Assembly: GCA_016932815.1 (NCBI GenBank)
Contig: JAFGCC010000014.1
Span: forward strand, 80,129 to 144,128
Direction of reading: 5' to 3'
Source: Candidatus Micrarchaeota archaeon
GTDB taxonomy: Archaea > Micrarchaeota > Micrarchaeia > Anstonellales > Bilamarchaeaceae
DNA: 64,000 nucleotides
In this document: positions 18,541 to 28,260 of the stretch, one piece after another
Layout: each line of letters begins with the position of its first letter
How positions within the stretch are numbered: position 1 is the first letter of the stretch
Position numbers and translations under genes: made by a program
Notes under the pieces: model-generated
Told to the model about the DNA's origin: nothing
Seen by the model: the letters and a program-made list of their open reading frames with translations, nothing else
The model's database searches: none

Positions 18541-18696
18541 TGGAAATTCCTCCATGCGGGCAAAGGGAATTGCCTGCGGGATAAATGAGGGCTCCGTTGG
18601 GAAGGGAGATATAAAAGGTATGGGGGGGCTTTTGCACACGGGAAACTACGGGAGCATCCACCTGGATTTGCACAGATATCAAATGTCTGGGCGCCA

Positions 18697-19986
18697 TTAG
18701 CGGCTCACCACTTCGTGCGCAACGTCCGCGGCTTTCTCCAGGACCAATTCTTCATCCACAAGCGTAATCTTTTTCTCGCGCAAAACGAACTTCCCGTTAA
18801 TCATCACATCCGTAACGTTGGATGGGTTGAGCGAATACGCTATTGAGCGAAGGTCGTTGTGGAGGGGGAGGAGGTTTGCGGCTTTTGCGTCCACAAGGAC
18901 TATGTCTGCCAGTTTTCCTTCCTCTATGCTCCCGGAATCGAATCCGAGCGCGCGTGCGCCGTTTATCGTTGCGCAGTCCCAGATTTGGGCGGGGCTCATT
19001 TTTTGCGCATCCCAGTACTTGTGCGACTGCAAGAGCAGGGCGATCTTCATTGTTTCAATCATGTCTTGGGAGTTGTTGCTTGCAGGGCCATCGGTTCCTA
19101 GGGCCACGTTGGCTCCCGCTTCCATGAATTCGGCTACCGGGCAGATTCCCCCGGTTGCGAGCTTCAGGTTGCTAATTGGGCAGTGCACGACGTTTACCCC
19201 GCACTTTCCGGCAATGGAGATTTCCCTTTTTGTCACCCATCCCATGTGGGCGAAGATTGAGCCGGAATCCGCTGCCCCTATGGACTCTAGGTATTCTACG
19301 GGGCGCATCTTCCTGCTCTCTAGGCAGGAGAAAACCTCCTCGCGGGTTTCACCCACGTGTATGTGGAAGGGGAGGTTGTGGTAGCTTGCAAACTCCTTTG
19401 CAAGGCGCAGGAGGTCTTCTGAACAGCTATAGACTGCGTGGGCTCCGACTGCGGCTTTTATGCGGGGGTTGGTTTTTGCAAGCTCGTTTGCAATCTTTTC
19501 CATCTTCGCCATTTCCGCTTCCGGGGTGCGGTGCTTGGCCGCATCGAATAGCCCCTGGGAGATTACCGCGCGGATTCCGATTTCGCCTGCGGCATCCGCC
19601 ATGCGGGCTAAGCCCAGCATATACATGTCCGAGAAGCAGGTGGTGCCGCTCCGAATCATCTCTATTGCGCCAAGCAGGGTGCCCCAGTAGATGTCCTCTT
19701 CTTCCAGCTTTTCTTCTGCTGGCCAGATTTTTTCTTCTAGCCAGCGCTTTAAGGGGAGGCCTTCGCCGTATCCTCTAAAGAGGGACATCGCTATGTGGGT
19801 GTGGGCATTTACCAAACCGGGGAATGCGATTTTTCCCGAAGCGTCTATTACCTCGTCCACCCCTCTTTTTGGGAGGCCGGTCCCGATTCTTTCTATCCGG
19901 TCTTTCCCGATTAGGATGTCTGCTTGCAGTATGCGGCGCTCGGTGTCCTGCGTTATTATTCTCGCGTTCCTAATTAGCGTGCCCAT
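18697..19986 (-). CDS. Amidohydrolase, MTA/SAH deaminase-like
   Basis: PGLVNAHTH, HIHVGET, HCPISNLKL, LGTDGPASNN, GKLADIV. Confidence 0.92.
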   Translation of the reverse strand: MGTLIRNARIITQDTERRILQADILIGKDRIERIGTGLPKRGVDEVIDASGKIAFPGLVNAHTHIAMSLFRGYGEGLPLKRWLEEKIWPAEEKLEEEDIYWGTLLGAIEMIRSGTTCFSDMYMLGLARMADAAGEIGIRAVISQGLFDAAKHRTPEAEMAKMEKIANELAKTNPRIKAAVGAHAVYSCSEDLLRLAKEFASYHNLPFHIHVGETREEVFSCLESRKMRPVEYLESIGAADSGSIFAHMGWVTKREISIAGKCGVNVVHCPISNLKLATGGICPVAEFMEAGANVALGTDGPASNNSQDMIETMKIALLLQSHKYWDAQKMSPAQIWDCATINGARALGFDSGSIEEGKLADIVLVDAKAANLLPLHNDLRSIAYSLNPSNVTDVMINGKFVLREKKITLVDEELVLEKAADVAHEVVSR

Positions 19987-20099
19987 GTGTAGTGGATTCG
20001 GGGGAAGGGTATATAAGTATATTTTAATGGCGGAACCTTCCTTGGGAGATTGCATCGGCAGGGGAGGCCCTGCTCCCGCAGTGCCCCTAAGGCGGAGGG

Positions 20100-22067
20100 C
20101 TACTGCTCAACCCAGTTTACGAAAACCTTGCCGCCTTTGCGGTAGATAGGGCGGATTAGCTCCCCTTCCCCTGTGAGTTCAAAGGAGGTAATCCGGGTGC
20201 GGAGTTCGGGCGCAAAAAGCGTTGCGCCCCATGTTCTGGAGATGCGCGGGCCGATTGATTCTTTTCCCTTGCCAGTTGAGCACGAATTGAGCACAATCGT
20301 AAGGTCCTCGGAGAAGAGGGGGCGGAGCGCCCTCATCTCGGCCTCATCTGTCAAATCCAGGAGGCTTTCTTCTGAGCTTCCGGGGCCCAGGCGGATTGAA
20401 TCCGCGGTTCCGTGGGCGCCAATCATCAGGGCGCTTATGCCGAAATACTTTTCACCGAATTTTTCGGCTTTTTCATAGAACTCGCGCTCGTTTTCCGCTT
20501 CCACAAATATTATGTTGTAGTATCCTTTTTCCACAAGCTCCCTGCGGACTCCGAACATCTGCGCGTCGTAGAGGACTCCGATGTCGTCGTATTTGCCCTG
20601 CATTACCAAAAGAAGGGGGCGGCCATCCGCCTTGTCCCCGATGTGCCCATAGAGGGATTCCAGCTCTTTTTTGGAGTATCTTGCGAAGTATTCTATCCCG
20701 AACTCGTTGTAGAGTTCCCTTGTTTTCTGTGCCCCGATTGTGCCTTGTGCGTATGCGAAATTTATGAAGACTTCGCGGTCTTCTATTGTCACTCCGGCTT
20801 CACGCGCGAGCTTCCTTCCCGCCTTCCACTTGCCCTTGTAATCCGAGAGGTTGCCTATCAGGGCTTTGGCAGGGATTTTATCCGGATTGTCCAGTAGGGA
20901 GAGCACTTCCTTCACGTTCTCTGGCTTCCCGGTTTTCTCCGCTTCGCTTAAAGTGAGGAGGATTAGGGAGTAGGCTGAGGCTTCTGCGAGTTTTGTTATC
21001 CTGGAGGGGTCAAGGGATAGTTCCTTTGCGACTAGCCTTTTGGACATGAGGCCGAATGCCGCCTCCTTCTTCCTTCCGCAGATGCGGCAGGCCTCTTCAA
21101 AAATGCCCGCAACCTTTGCGGGGTCTTTTGCGAATTCCGCTCCAAGGGGCCTTAGGGCGGAGAAGGCGTATTCCGCAGCCTCCCCGGCGGCCCGCCCTAT
21201 CCTCACTAGTGCATCGGTTACCTTTTTTGGGTTTTTTGCAAATGCCATCGCCACTTCTTCGCTTCCTATTACGCGGAATGCTTCCCAGGAGGGGCCTCCT
21301 CCTGCGCTCTTTCCTATGCGGGAGAAAAGGCTTGCCACCCTTGAGGGGTTTTCTAAGAACATGGGGAATATGCCTTCGCGCTCAATTGCCCAGAATGCGG
21401 TGCCTGCGGCATCCCCCGCCGCTTTGCCTATCCTGCGCAATGCCCTTGAAATGTTCGCGGGGCGTTTTGCGAATTCCCTGGAGGCATCCTCGCTGGCTAG
21501 TGCCCAGAACGCCTCTGGGGCATGGGTGCCTATGCGGGCGAATGCGTCCGCAACCAGTTTTGGGTTGCGGGCGAATGCGGTGGCTACGGGCTCCTGGGAG
21601 AGCAGGAAAAATGCCCCCTCCCTGGATTTTGCAGCAACGCGCCCTATCCTTGCGAACGCTGATGCTATTTTGGCAGGGTCTTTGGAGAATGCGCTGGAGA
21701 GTTCGCGGTTTGAGAGTGCTGCGAGGGCATCCGGAGTGCCTTCCCTTGCTGCCCTGGATATCATGAAGAACGCGCCGGGGTGGAGGGTTAGGAGCCTTGA
21801 GAGGCCCTCGTCGCTGAAGCGGTTTAGGGCGGCTTCCGAATTTTCCCCGGAATGGGAGATTATCTTTTTTAGGGTGTGCGCAACCCTGTTTAGCCGCTGG
21901 AAGTTGCCGGTTTTGAGGATTGCCTGCGCTATTTGGGGCGGAAGTTGTGCTCCCACCCTCTCTTCTAGCTCCCTTTGCACGTAATCCGGGGTGAGAGTGG
22001 GGGTGGCCAGGAGCCTTCCGCTTAACCTGGCATCGTGGGTGCGCCCTTTTAGTTTTCCGCTGGACAT
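20100..22067 (-). CDS. Helical-repeat protein with C-terminal caspase-fold protease domain (array copy 1)
   Basis: 38-aa repeats AFxxLxxxxxAxAFAKNP; EDREVFINFAY/GIEYFARY linker; IGAHG...LNSCSTG. Confidence 0.85.
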   Translation of the reverse strand: MSSGKLKGRTHDARLSGRLLATPTLTPDYVQRELEERVGAQLPPQIAQAILKTGNFQRLNRVAHTLKKIISHSGENSEAALNRFSDEGLSRLLTLHPGAFFMISRAAREGTPDALAALSNRELSSAFSKDPAKIASAFARIGRVAAKSREGAFFLLSQEPVATAFARNPKLVADAFARIGTHAPEAFWALASEDASREFAKRPANISRALRRIGKAAGDAAGTAFWAIEREGIFPMFLENPSRVASLFSRIGKSAGGGPSWEAFRVIGSEEVAMAFAKNPKKVTDALVRIGRAAGEAAEYAFSALRPLGAEFAKDPAKVAGIFEEACRICGRKKEAAFGLMSKRLVAKELSLDPSRITKLAEASAYSLILLTLSEAEKTGKPENVKEVLSLLDNPDKIPAKALIGNLSDYKGKWKAGRKLAREAGVTIEDREVFINFAYAQGTIGAQKTRELYNEFGIEYFARYSKKELESLYGHIGDKADGRPLLLVMQGKYDDIGVLYDAQMFGVRRELVEKGYYNIIFVEAENEREFYEKAEKFGEKYFGISALMIGAHGTADSIRLGPGSSEESLLDLTDEAEMRALRPLFSEDLTIVLNSCSTGKGKESIGPRISRTWGATLFAPELRTRITSFELTGEGELIRPIYRKGGKVFVNWVEQ

Positions 22068-22221
22068 CCGGTATGGATAGCTGCGAAGCAGTATATAATC
22101 TTATTGCATGGGCAGGCTTTGCTCCTAATCCCAAAGGAAGAGAAGACCTTGGGAGCAGATGCAGGAGAAAAGGGGCAATGCCGCATGGGCGCGGTTCGGA
22201 GGGGGTTTTGGGCTGGGAGTG

Positions 22222-24321
22222 TTATTGCGCATCCTGCCCTGCAAGGGGCTCTCCGCGCAGGAACCTGGTGCCTCCGGATTTGTATACTACGTTAAGTATT
22301 TTCCCTTGTTCGTCCCGCTCCAGTTTTTCTAGGTAAGTGTGGGAGCTGGGCGCAAAAAGCTCGGCTCCCCAGAGCTGGGATATCTTCGGGCCTATGCCCT
22401 TGGCTGTTAGGCAGGATTCCAGGATTATTAGGGGCTCGCCTACGAACAGGCCGTTTAGGGCGCGCATCTCCTTCTCGTCTGAGAGGTCGATGAAGTTGTC
22501 CTCTGACTCCCCTGGGCCCATGCGGATGTCCCTTGCGGTGCCGTGCCCGCCTAGTATGAGCGCGCTTATGCCAAAATACCTCTCTCCCAGCTCTTTTGCC
22601 TTCCTGTAGAACTGCTCTTCGGTTTCGGCCTCTATGAATATCGTGTTGTAGTAGCTGCCATTGCCTGCAAGCCCCTCTCTGGCCTTCGCCCCTCCGTAGA
22701 AGGCCTGTATGTCGTCGAACTTGTTGTAGGCTACTAAAAGGAGGGGGCGGTCGTCTCCGTTTTCCCCTATTTGCCCATATAGGGATTCAAGCTCCTCTTT
22801 TGAGTATCTTGCGAAATACTCAATTCCGAATTCCCTGTGTATTGCGATTGTTTTTTCCCTGCCTATCTTGTCCTGGGCGTAGGCGAAATTGATGAAGACT
22901 TCGCGGTCTTCTATTCCCACTCCGGCTTCGCGGGCTAGCTCCCGGCCCGCTTTCCAATGGTGGCGGTAATCGGTGAGCGGGGTTATGCCATAGACTGCAA
23001 AGAGGCGGTGAGGGTCGTCTAGGGCACTTAGCATTGATTCGATTGAATCGCGGTCGCCCCTCTTGAACGCGTCGCGGAGGTAGTAATAAACGTCCGTCTG
23101 GGAGAACGCTTCTGCAAGCCTTACTATCTTTTGGGGCTGCTCCAGGAACTCCCTGCCCCCAAAACCCTTGTGGGCTAGCGCGAAATAGAAGGAGAAGAGG
23201 AGCTGCTGCTTCCTTCCCGATATTTTGGAGGCTTCTATGAACGAATCCACCATTCCCATGGGGTTTTTGCAGAAGCTGTTGATGAAATCCCTGGAAGATA
23301 TGACTTCAAAGGCGCTCTTGAGTGCGATTCCGCGGGTGTTTCCGAGCTTTTCTAAGGCGTATGAGATGCCTTCTATGTTCTTTGAGAAGGGCGCGCTTGC
23401 CCATTGCGCGCAAAGCTTGGAGAAAGCCCTGCCGGAGTAGCCTCCCATTGAGTTGGCTATGCGGGCAAACGATTCCGCGGTTTTTGAGGGGTTTTTGGCG
23501 AATTCGATTGAAACTTCCCTGGTGGATAGGAGCAGGAAGGCGTCCACTGCGGCTTCCCCCAATGAGCTTGAGATTTTTTCGAACGCGGATGCGATTTCTT
23601 CTGGGTTCTTGGCGAATGCAAGTGCGGCTTCCCTGCGCTCCAATACGGAGAATGCATCGGAGGCGTTCTTGCCCGATGCTAGTGCGATTCTTGAGAGGGC
23701 CAGGGAGATTGCTTTGGGGTTCCTGGCGAATGCTGCTGAGAGGGGCTTGCTGCCTAGGAGCCAGAATGCTCCGGAGGAGTGGGCGCCTGAGTCCCTGATT
23801 ATGCTGAGGAATGCGGAGGAGATTGCTTTGGGGTTCTTGGCGAATGCTCCGGAGATTCCGGTTGTTGATAGTGCCCAGAGGGCTTCTGCCTTGTTCGCTT
23901 TTGCAGCCTTGCAGATTTCGGCTATTGCGTTGGATACCCCCGTGGGGTCTGCTGCGAATGCGCGGGCAACCGCATCCTGCTTTAGGGTGTCTAGGGCGCC
24001 AAGGAATTCGTCCTTTGCTGCGGCGCAGATTCTTGAAAATGCCTGGGGGCTCTTCGAGATTTCCCTGGAGAGGTTTTCATCCCTGAATTCCTTTAGGAAG
24101 GATTCGATGCCGGCTCCGCTGGATTCGCAGATTAGCTTTATTGCGCGGGCAACCTGCCCCACCTTCTGGGGTTCGCAGGTGAGGGCGACTGCGCGGGAGA
24201 GCTGGGGAGGGATTTTTACGCCCAGCACTTTCTGAAGCTCGGCGTGGACGTAGCTGCGGTTGAATGAAGGCGAAAGTGAGAGCTTTCCGTTTTTTTCCCG
24301 CACGCACGCTTGAGTGGACAT
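22222..24321 (-). CDS. Helical-repeat plus caspase-fold protease (array copy 2)
   Basis: Same architecture; LGGHG...LESCLTA. Confidence 0.85.
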   Translation of the reverse strand: MSTQACVREKNGKLSLSPSFNRSYVHAELQKVLGVKIPPQLSRAVALTCEPQKVGQVARAIKLICESSGAGIESFLKEFRDENLSREISKSPQAFSRICAAAKDEFLGALDTLKQDAVARAFAADPTGVSNAIAEICKAAKANKAEALWALSTTGISGAFAKNPKAISSAFLSIIRDSGAHSSGAFWLLGSKPLSAAFARNPKAISLALSRIALASGKNASDAFSVLERREAALAFAKNPEEIASAFEKISSSLGEAAVDAFLLLSTREVSIEFAKNPSKTAESFARIANSMGGYSGRAFSKLCAQWASAPFSKNIEGISYALEKLGNTRGIALKSAFEVISSRDFINSFCKNPMGMVDSFIEASKISGRKQQLLFSFYFALAHKGFGGREFLEQPQKIVRLAEAFSQTDVYYYLRDAFKRGDRDSIESMLSALDDPHRLFAVYGITPLTDYRHHWKAGRELAREAGVGIEDREVFINFAYAQDKIGREKTIAIHREFGIEYFARYSKEELESLYGQIGENGDDRPLLLVAYNKFDDIQAFYGGAKAREGLAGNGSYYNTIFIEAETEEQFYRKAKELGERYFGISALILGGHGTARDIRMGPGESEDNFIDLSDEKEMRALNGLFVGEPLIILESCLTAKGIGPKISQLWGAELFAPSSHTYLEKLERDEQGKILNVVYKSGGTRFLRGEPLAGQDAQ

Positions 24322-24405
24322 TCGGTTACCCTAATTGGGAATTATGGCGTAAAGGATATATAATTGTATTCGCCTTGAGGGGAAAACGTGCGGGCACTGA
24401 GGGGC

Positions 24406-26397
24406 TCAGGGGGAGAGCTCGACGCCGTCTATGAACAGGCCCTCGTCCACGTTGTAGATTGGCCCGGTAATCCTTCCCTTCTCATCCAGGTCGAACCCCA
24501 GTATGTCTGCTGGCTGCTTGGGGGCAACCAGTTCGGCATCCCATGCATCCGAAATGCGCGCGCCTATTGCCTTCTCGTCCTTGCCCGTTGAGCAGGAAGC
24601 GAGGAAAACCCTTGCATCATCTGCGAAGAGGCCTTTTAGCGCCTCTAGGTCCTTCATGTCCAGAAGGTTGAGGAAGTTTCCTTCGGGCGTGCCGTTTAAG
24701 CCGGGGCCCAGGCGTATGGACTTTGCGGTGCCGTGGCCGCCTATCATGATGTCGCTTATTCCGAAATACTTTTCCGAGAATTTCTTTGCCTTCTCGAATA
24801 GTTCCGCCTTGTTTTCGGCTTCCACGAATACGATGTTGTAGTGCCCTTTCCTCTCGAGGATTTCGCGCTCGCCGACTATCTCGGGCAGGTAGAACACGTT
24901 GGTGTCGTCCGATTTGTTGTAGGCAATTAGGAGGAGGGGGCGGTTGTCCTCCGTTTCCCCAATGTGCTCATAGAGGTCTTCGAGTTCTTCCTTGGAATAC
25001 CTAGCAAAATACTCGATTCCGTATTCGCGGTAGATTGCCTTGGTTTTTTCCGCGCCTATGTTCTCCTCTGCGTAGGCGAAATTTATGAACACTTCCCTGT
25101 CTTCTACCCTAACCCCGGATGCTTTCGCAAGGGCTCTTCCCGCTTCCCATTCCGAGCGGTGCAGGAGGAGGCTGGTAATTGCGGTCTTGGCAAGTTCGGA
25201 TGGGTTGTCGAGCAGGCGGCTTATCTGCTTCGCTTCGGCAGGGTCATCGTTCTTGACCATGTCAATTACCGTGCGGAGGATTGGGGTGTAGGTGGAAGCT
25301 TCTGCGAGCTTGGCTATGCGGGTGGGGTCTGCGGCCATTGCCTTTCTTAGGGGCCCATAGAGGAGCATTGAGAACATCCTTATGTTCTTCCTTCCGCATA
25401 TATCTGCGGATTCTACGAATGCATCTGCCAGCTGCGAGGGAGTTGCGAACTTGCCCCCTATGAATTCCTCGGTGCAGATTACCCCCATGGCGTATTCTTT
25501 GCCTAGCCCGTTGGACTCGGATATCCTGGAAAATGCGTCGACGACTCCATCCATGTTTTTTGCAAAATGCTCTATGACTCCCTTCTTGCCCAGCCTGGTG
25601 AAAATCCTGCCCGAATACTCTCCGGAGGCTTCGACTATGGAAACGAAAGTGTCCGCAACCTGCGAGGGTTTCTTTCCAAAGAGGGGCGCTATGTCCCTGC
25701 TTCCTAGGAGCCAGAATGCATCTCCTGAATGTGCGCCTGCGGCCGTGCCTATGTCTTCGAGGGCCTTGGTCGTTTGCTCCATGTTTTTTGCGAATGCTTT
25801 GGCTATTGGCAGCCTTCCTAGTGCCCAGAATGCATCGCCTGCGTGAGTGCCTGCTGCGATTCCTATGCGCTCAAGGGCGTGGCCGGTTTTGTCCATGTCC
25901 TTTGCGAATGCCGCTGCTATTGGCTTCCTTGCAAGAGTCCAGAAGGCGTCGCCCTGGTGGGTTCCCGCCTCCCATGCTATGCGCACAAAGGCATCGGTTG
26001 CCTTTTCCGGGTTCTTTGCGAATGCGCGGGAAATGTCCTCCTGCTTTAGGGCGTCGAATGCTTCTTTTGTGCCCTTCTTGGCCGCTTCGGATATGGAAAC
26101 GAAGGATTCGGTGTGGGATACGAAGGATTTTGCGAGGGATTCGTCTTCGAAGCAGTTTACCGCGTGCTCTGATTCCATCCCGGAGTATTCTATTATGTTT
26201 TCGAGGGCTTCTGCGATTTCGCGGACCTTTGAGGCCTGCCCGGTTTCGACTATTGCGTTTGCTAGCTCTTCTGGAACTTTAGTGCCCACCATCTTTTGGA
26301 GTTGCTCCTGCACATACGAATTGTCAAGGGAGGGCGCCATTGCGAGCCTTCCGATTGGTTTTTCGCTCTTTTCCTCTTTTTCGGCGAACTTGGGCAT
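24406..26397 (-). CDS. Helical-repeat plus caspase-fold protease (array copy 3)
   Basis: Clear GDAFWxL repeats; IGGHG...LASCSTG; ATG 26397 after AGGTGG. Confidence 0.85.
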   Translation of the reverse strand: MPKFAEKEEKSEKPIGRLAMAPSLDNSYVQEQLQKMVGTKVPEELANAIVETGQASKVREIAEALENIIEYSGMESEHAVNCFEDESLAKSFVSHTESFVSISEAAKKGTKEAFDALKQEDISRAFAKNPEKATDAFVRIAWEAGTHQGDAFWTLARKPIAAAFAKDMDKTGHALERIGIAAGTHAGDAFWALGRLPIAKAFAKNMEQTTKALEDIGTAAGAHSGDAFWLLGSRDIAPLFGKKPSQVADTFVSIVEASGEYSGRIFTRLGKKGVIEHFAKNMDGVVDAFSRISESNGLGKEYAMGVICTEEFIGGKFATPSQLADAFVESADICGRKNIRMFSMLLYGPLRKAMAADPTRIAKLAEASTYTPILRTVIDMVKNDDPAEAKQISRLLDNPSELAKTAITSLLLHRSEWEAGRALAKASGVRVEDREVFINFAYAEENIGAEKTKAIYREYGIEYFARYSKEELEDLYEHIGETEDNRPLLLIAYNKSDDTNVFYLPEIVGEREILERKGHYNIVFVEAENKAELFEKAKKFSEKYFGISDIMIGGHGTAKSIRLGPGLNGTPEGNFLNLLDMKDLEALKGLFADDARVFLASCSTGKDEKAIGARISDAWDAELVAPKQPADILGFDLDEKGRITGPIYNVDEGLFIDGVELSP

Positions 26398-26497
26398 TTT
26401 TGCATCCACCTTCTGCGATAGTTACTGTGGTAAAGGGTATATAAGAATATTAGCTTTTTGGGTTCCCGCAAACGGCCTGCCGATTTTGGGGGGAGGA

Positions 26498-28174
26498 TTA
26501 TTGCTTGCCGGGCATTTCCTTGCCCCGCAAGAATTTCCTTCCGCCTTCTGCATATAGCACACCGGAGATGCTGCCATCATTGTTGAGCACGAATTCCTCC
26601 ACATAAGTGGGGACTGCGGGGGCAAAGAGGTATGCGCCCCAGGCAGATGAGATGGCGGCGCCTATTGCCTTCTCGTTTGCTCCCGTGGAGCAGGAATCGA
26701 GTATTACCCTGGGATTTTCGGCAAAGAGCCCGTGGAGTTTTTTAAGCTCTTCTATGTCCGAGAGGTCCAGCTTGTTTTCTTCAGAGTCTCCAGGGCCCAG
26801 CGCTATGCTGTCTGCTCTGCCATGCCCGCCTATTATGAGCACGCTTATGCCGAAGTACTTTTCCCCGAATTTCCTTGCTTTTTCGTAGAACTCCCCTTCG
26901 GTTTCGGCTTCAAAGATGATGACGTTGTACTTGTTGTGCTTGCCGCCCCCCGTTAGCGGTGAGCGGGTTACCATGTCCCCATAGAAGCCCCCGTTGCGGT
27001 CGGACTTGTTGTTTGCAATTAGGAGGAGGGGGCGGTTGTCCTCTTTTTCCCCGATGTGTTCATATAGGGATTCAAGCTCTTTTTTGGAATACCTTGCGAA
27101 ATACTCAATTCCGTATTCGCGGTAGATTGCCCTGGTTTTCTGCGCGCCTATTGTTTCCTTTGCGTAGGCGAAATTGATGAAGACTTCGCGGTCTTCGAAA
27201 GTTATGCCTGCTGAGAATGCGAGGTCCCTTCCCTCTTCCCACTTGTCCCTGTAATCCGGGAGGCAGCCCATGCCGTATTCTTCGATTAGCGTTTCGGGGC
27301 TATCGAGCAGGGAGAGCAGGACGCGCACCTCCCCTTTTACCGCAGCCTCGCCCTTTTGATCAACGTTCTCCTGGGAAACTGCTTCCTTGAGGGAGTAGAT
27401 GAGGCTTGAGTATGCTGCGGTTTCGGCAAGCTTCTGGAGCTTGTTGAAATCTTTTGTGAAATCCCCTTCTACGAATTTCGCCAGGCCGAATGCCGCATCC
27501 ATTACGGATTTGCGCCTCCTTCCGCAGAGGCGGGAGATTTCGGAGAAGGTTTCGGCCGCTTTTGCGGGGTTTTTCGCAAACGCTTCTGCGAAGGGAATGA
27601 GCGTCCAGAATGCGTATTTGGACTCCGCCCCATACGTGTTGAATATGCTTGCAAATGCCCTGGATACTTCTTCGGGGTTTTTTGAGAATGCCTCTGCGAT
27701 TGGTTCGAGATTGTGGAGGAACATCAATCCCTGGGGGTTGAATGCCTGGGAGGTGTCTTTGCGTGTGGCCTCTGCTATCCTCACTATGGCATCGGTTATC
27801 CTCTTGGGCTCCTTGGAGAATTCATCCTTGAAATGGAGCACCACCTTGAATGCCTCTGCGGGGAGGCCCATTGCGGCTTTTGCCATTCTTGCAAACTCTT
27901 TTGGGTTTGCAACGAGCATTGCTGAGAGGCCTTCGTCCTGGAAGAGTGCGAGGGTTTCTTTTGCTTTGTTGCCCGCAGAAATGCTTATCTGCTCAAGGGC
28001 GTCGGAAACCTTCCTCAGCCTGGATGGCTCCCCGGTTTTTACTACATCCTCTATTAGCTGTTCTGGGACCCGCGGGAGGCTTGCCTCAAGCTGCTCCCTT
28101 ACGTACTCCGCTTCGAGTGCGGGCTTTAATGAAAGCCTGCTCCCTGTTTTCTTGCGGGCACTTTTTTGCACCAT
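26498..28174 (-). CDS. Helical-repeat plus caspase-fold protease (array copy 4, fewest repeats)
   Basis: IGGHG...LDSCSTG; GGAGG Shine-Dalgarno. Confidence 0.85.
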   Translation of the reverse strand: MVQKSARKKTGSRLSLKPALEAEYVREQLEASLPRVPEQLIEDVVKTGEPSRLRKVSDALEQISISAGNKAKETLALFQDEGLSAMLVANPKEFARMAKAAMGLPAEAFKVVLHFKDEFSKEPKRITDAIVRIAEATRKDTSQAFNPQGLMFLHNLEPIAEAFSKNPEEVSRAFASIFNTYGAESKYAFWTLIPFAEAFAKNPAKAAETFSEISRLCGRRRKSVMDAAFGLAKFVEGDFTKDFNKLQKLAETAAYSSLIYSLKEAVSQENVDQKGEAAVKGEVRVLLSLLDSPETLIEEYGMGCLPDYRDKWEEGRDLAFSAGITFEDREVFINFAYAKETIGAQKTRAIYREYGIEYFARYSKKELESLYEHIGEKEDNRPLLLIANNKSDRNGGFYGDMVTRSPLTGGGKHNKYNVIIFEAETEGEFYEKARKFGEKYFGISVLIIGGHGRADSIALGPGDSEENKLDLSDIEELKKLHGLFAENPRVILDSCSTGANEKAIGAAISSAWGAYLFAPAVPTYVEEFVLNNDGSISGVLYAEGGRKFLRGKEMPGKQ

Positions 28175-28260
28175 TTTCGAATCCTCCTAAGGTAAATAGC
28201 TCAGAAAGGGTATATAATGCTAACTTCTGCGGGGGCGCTTGCCCTTGAGGGATGCGGGAG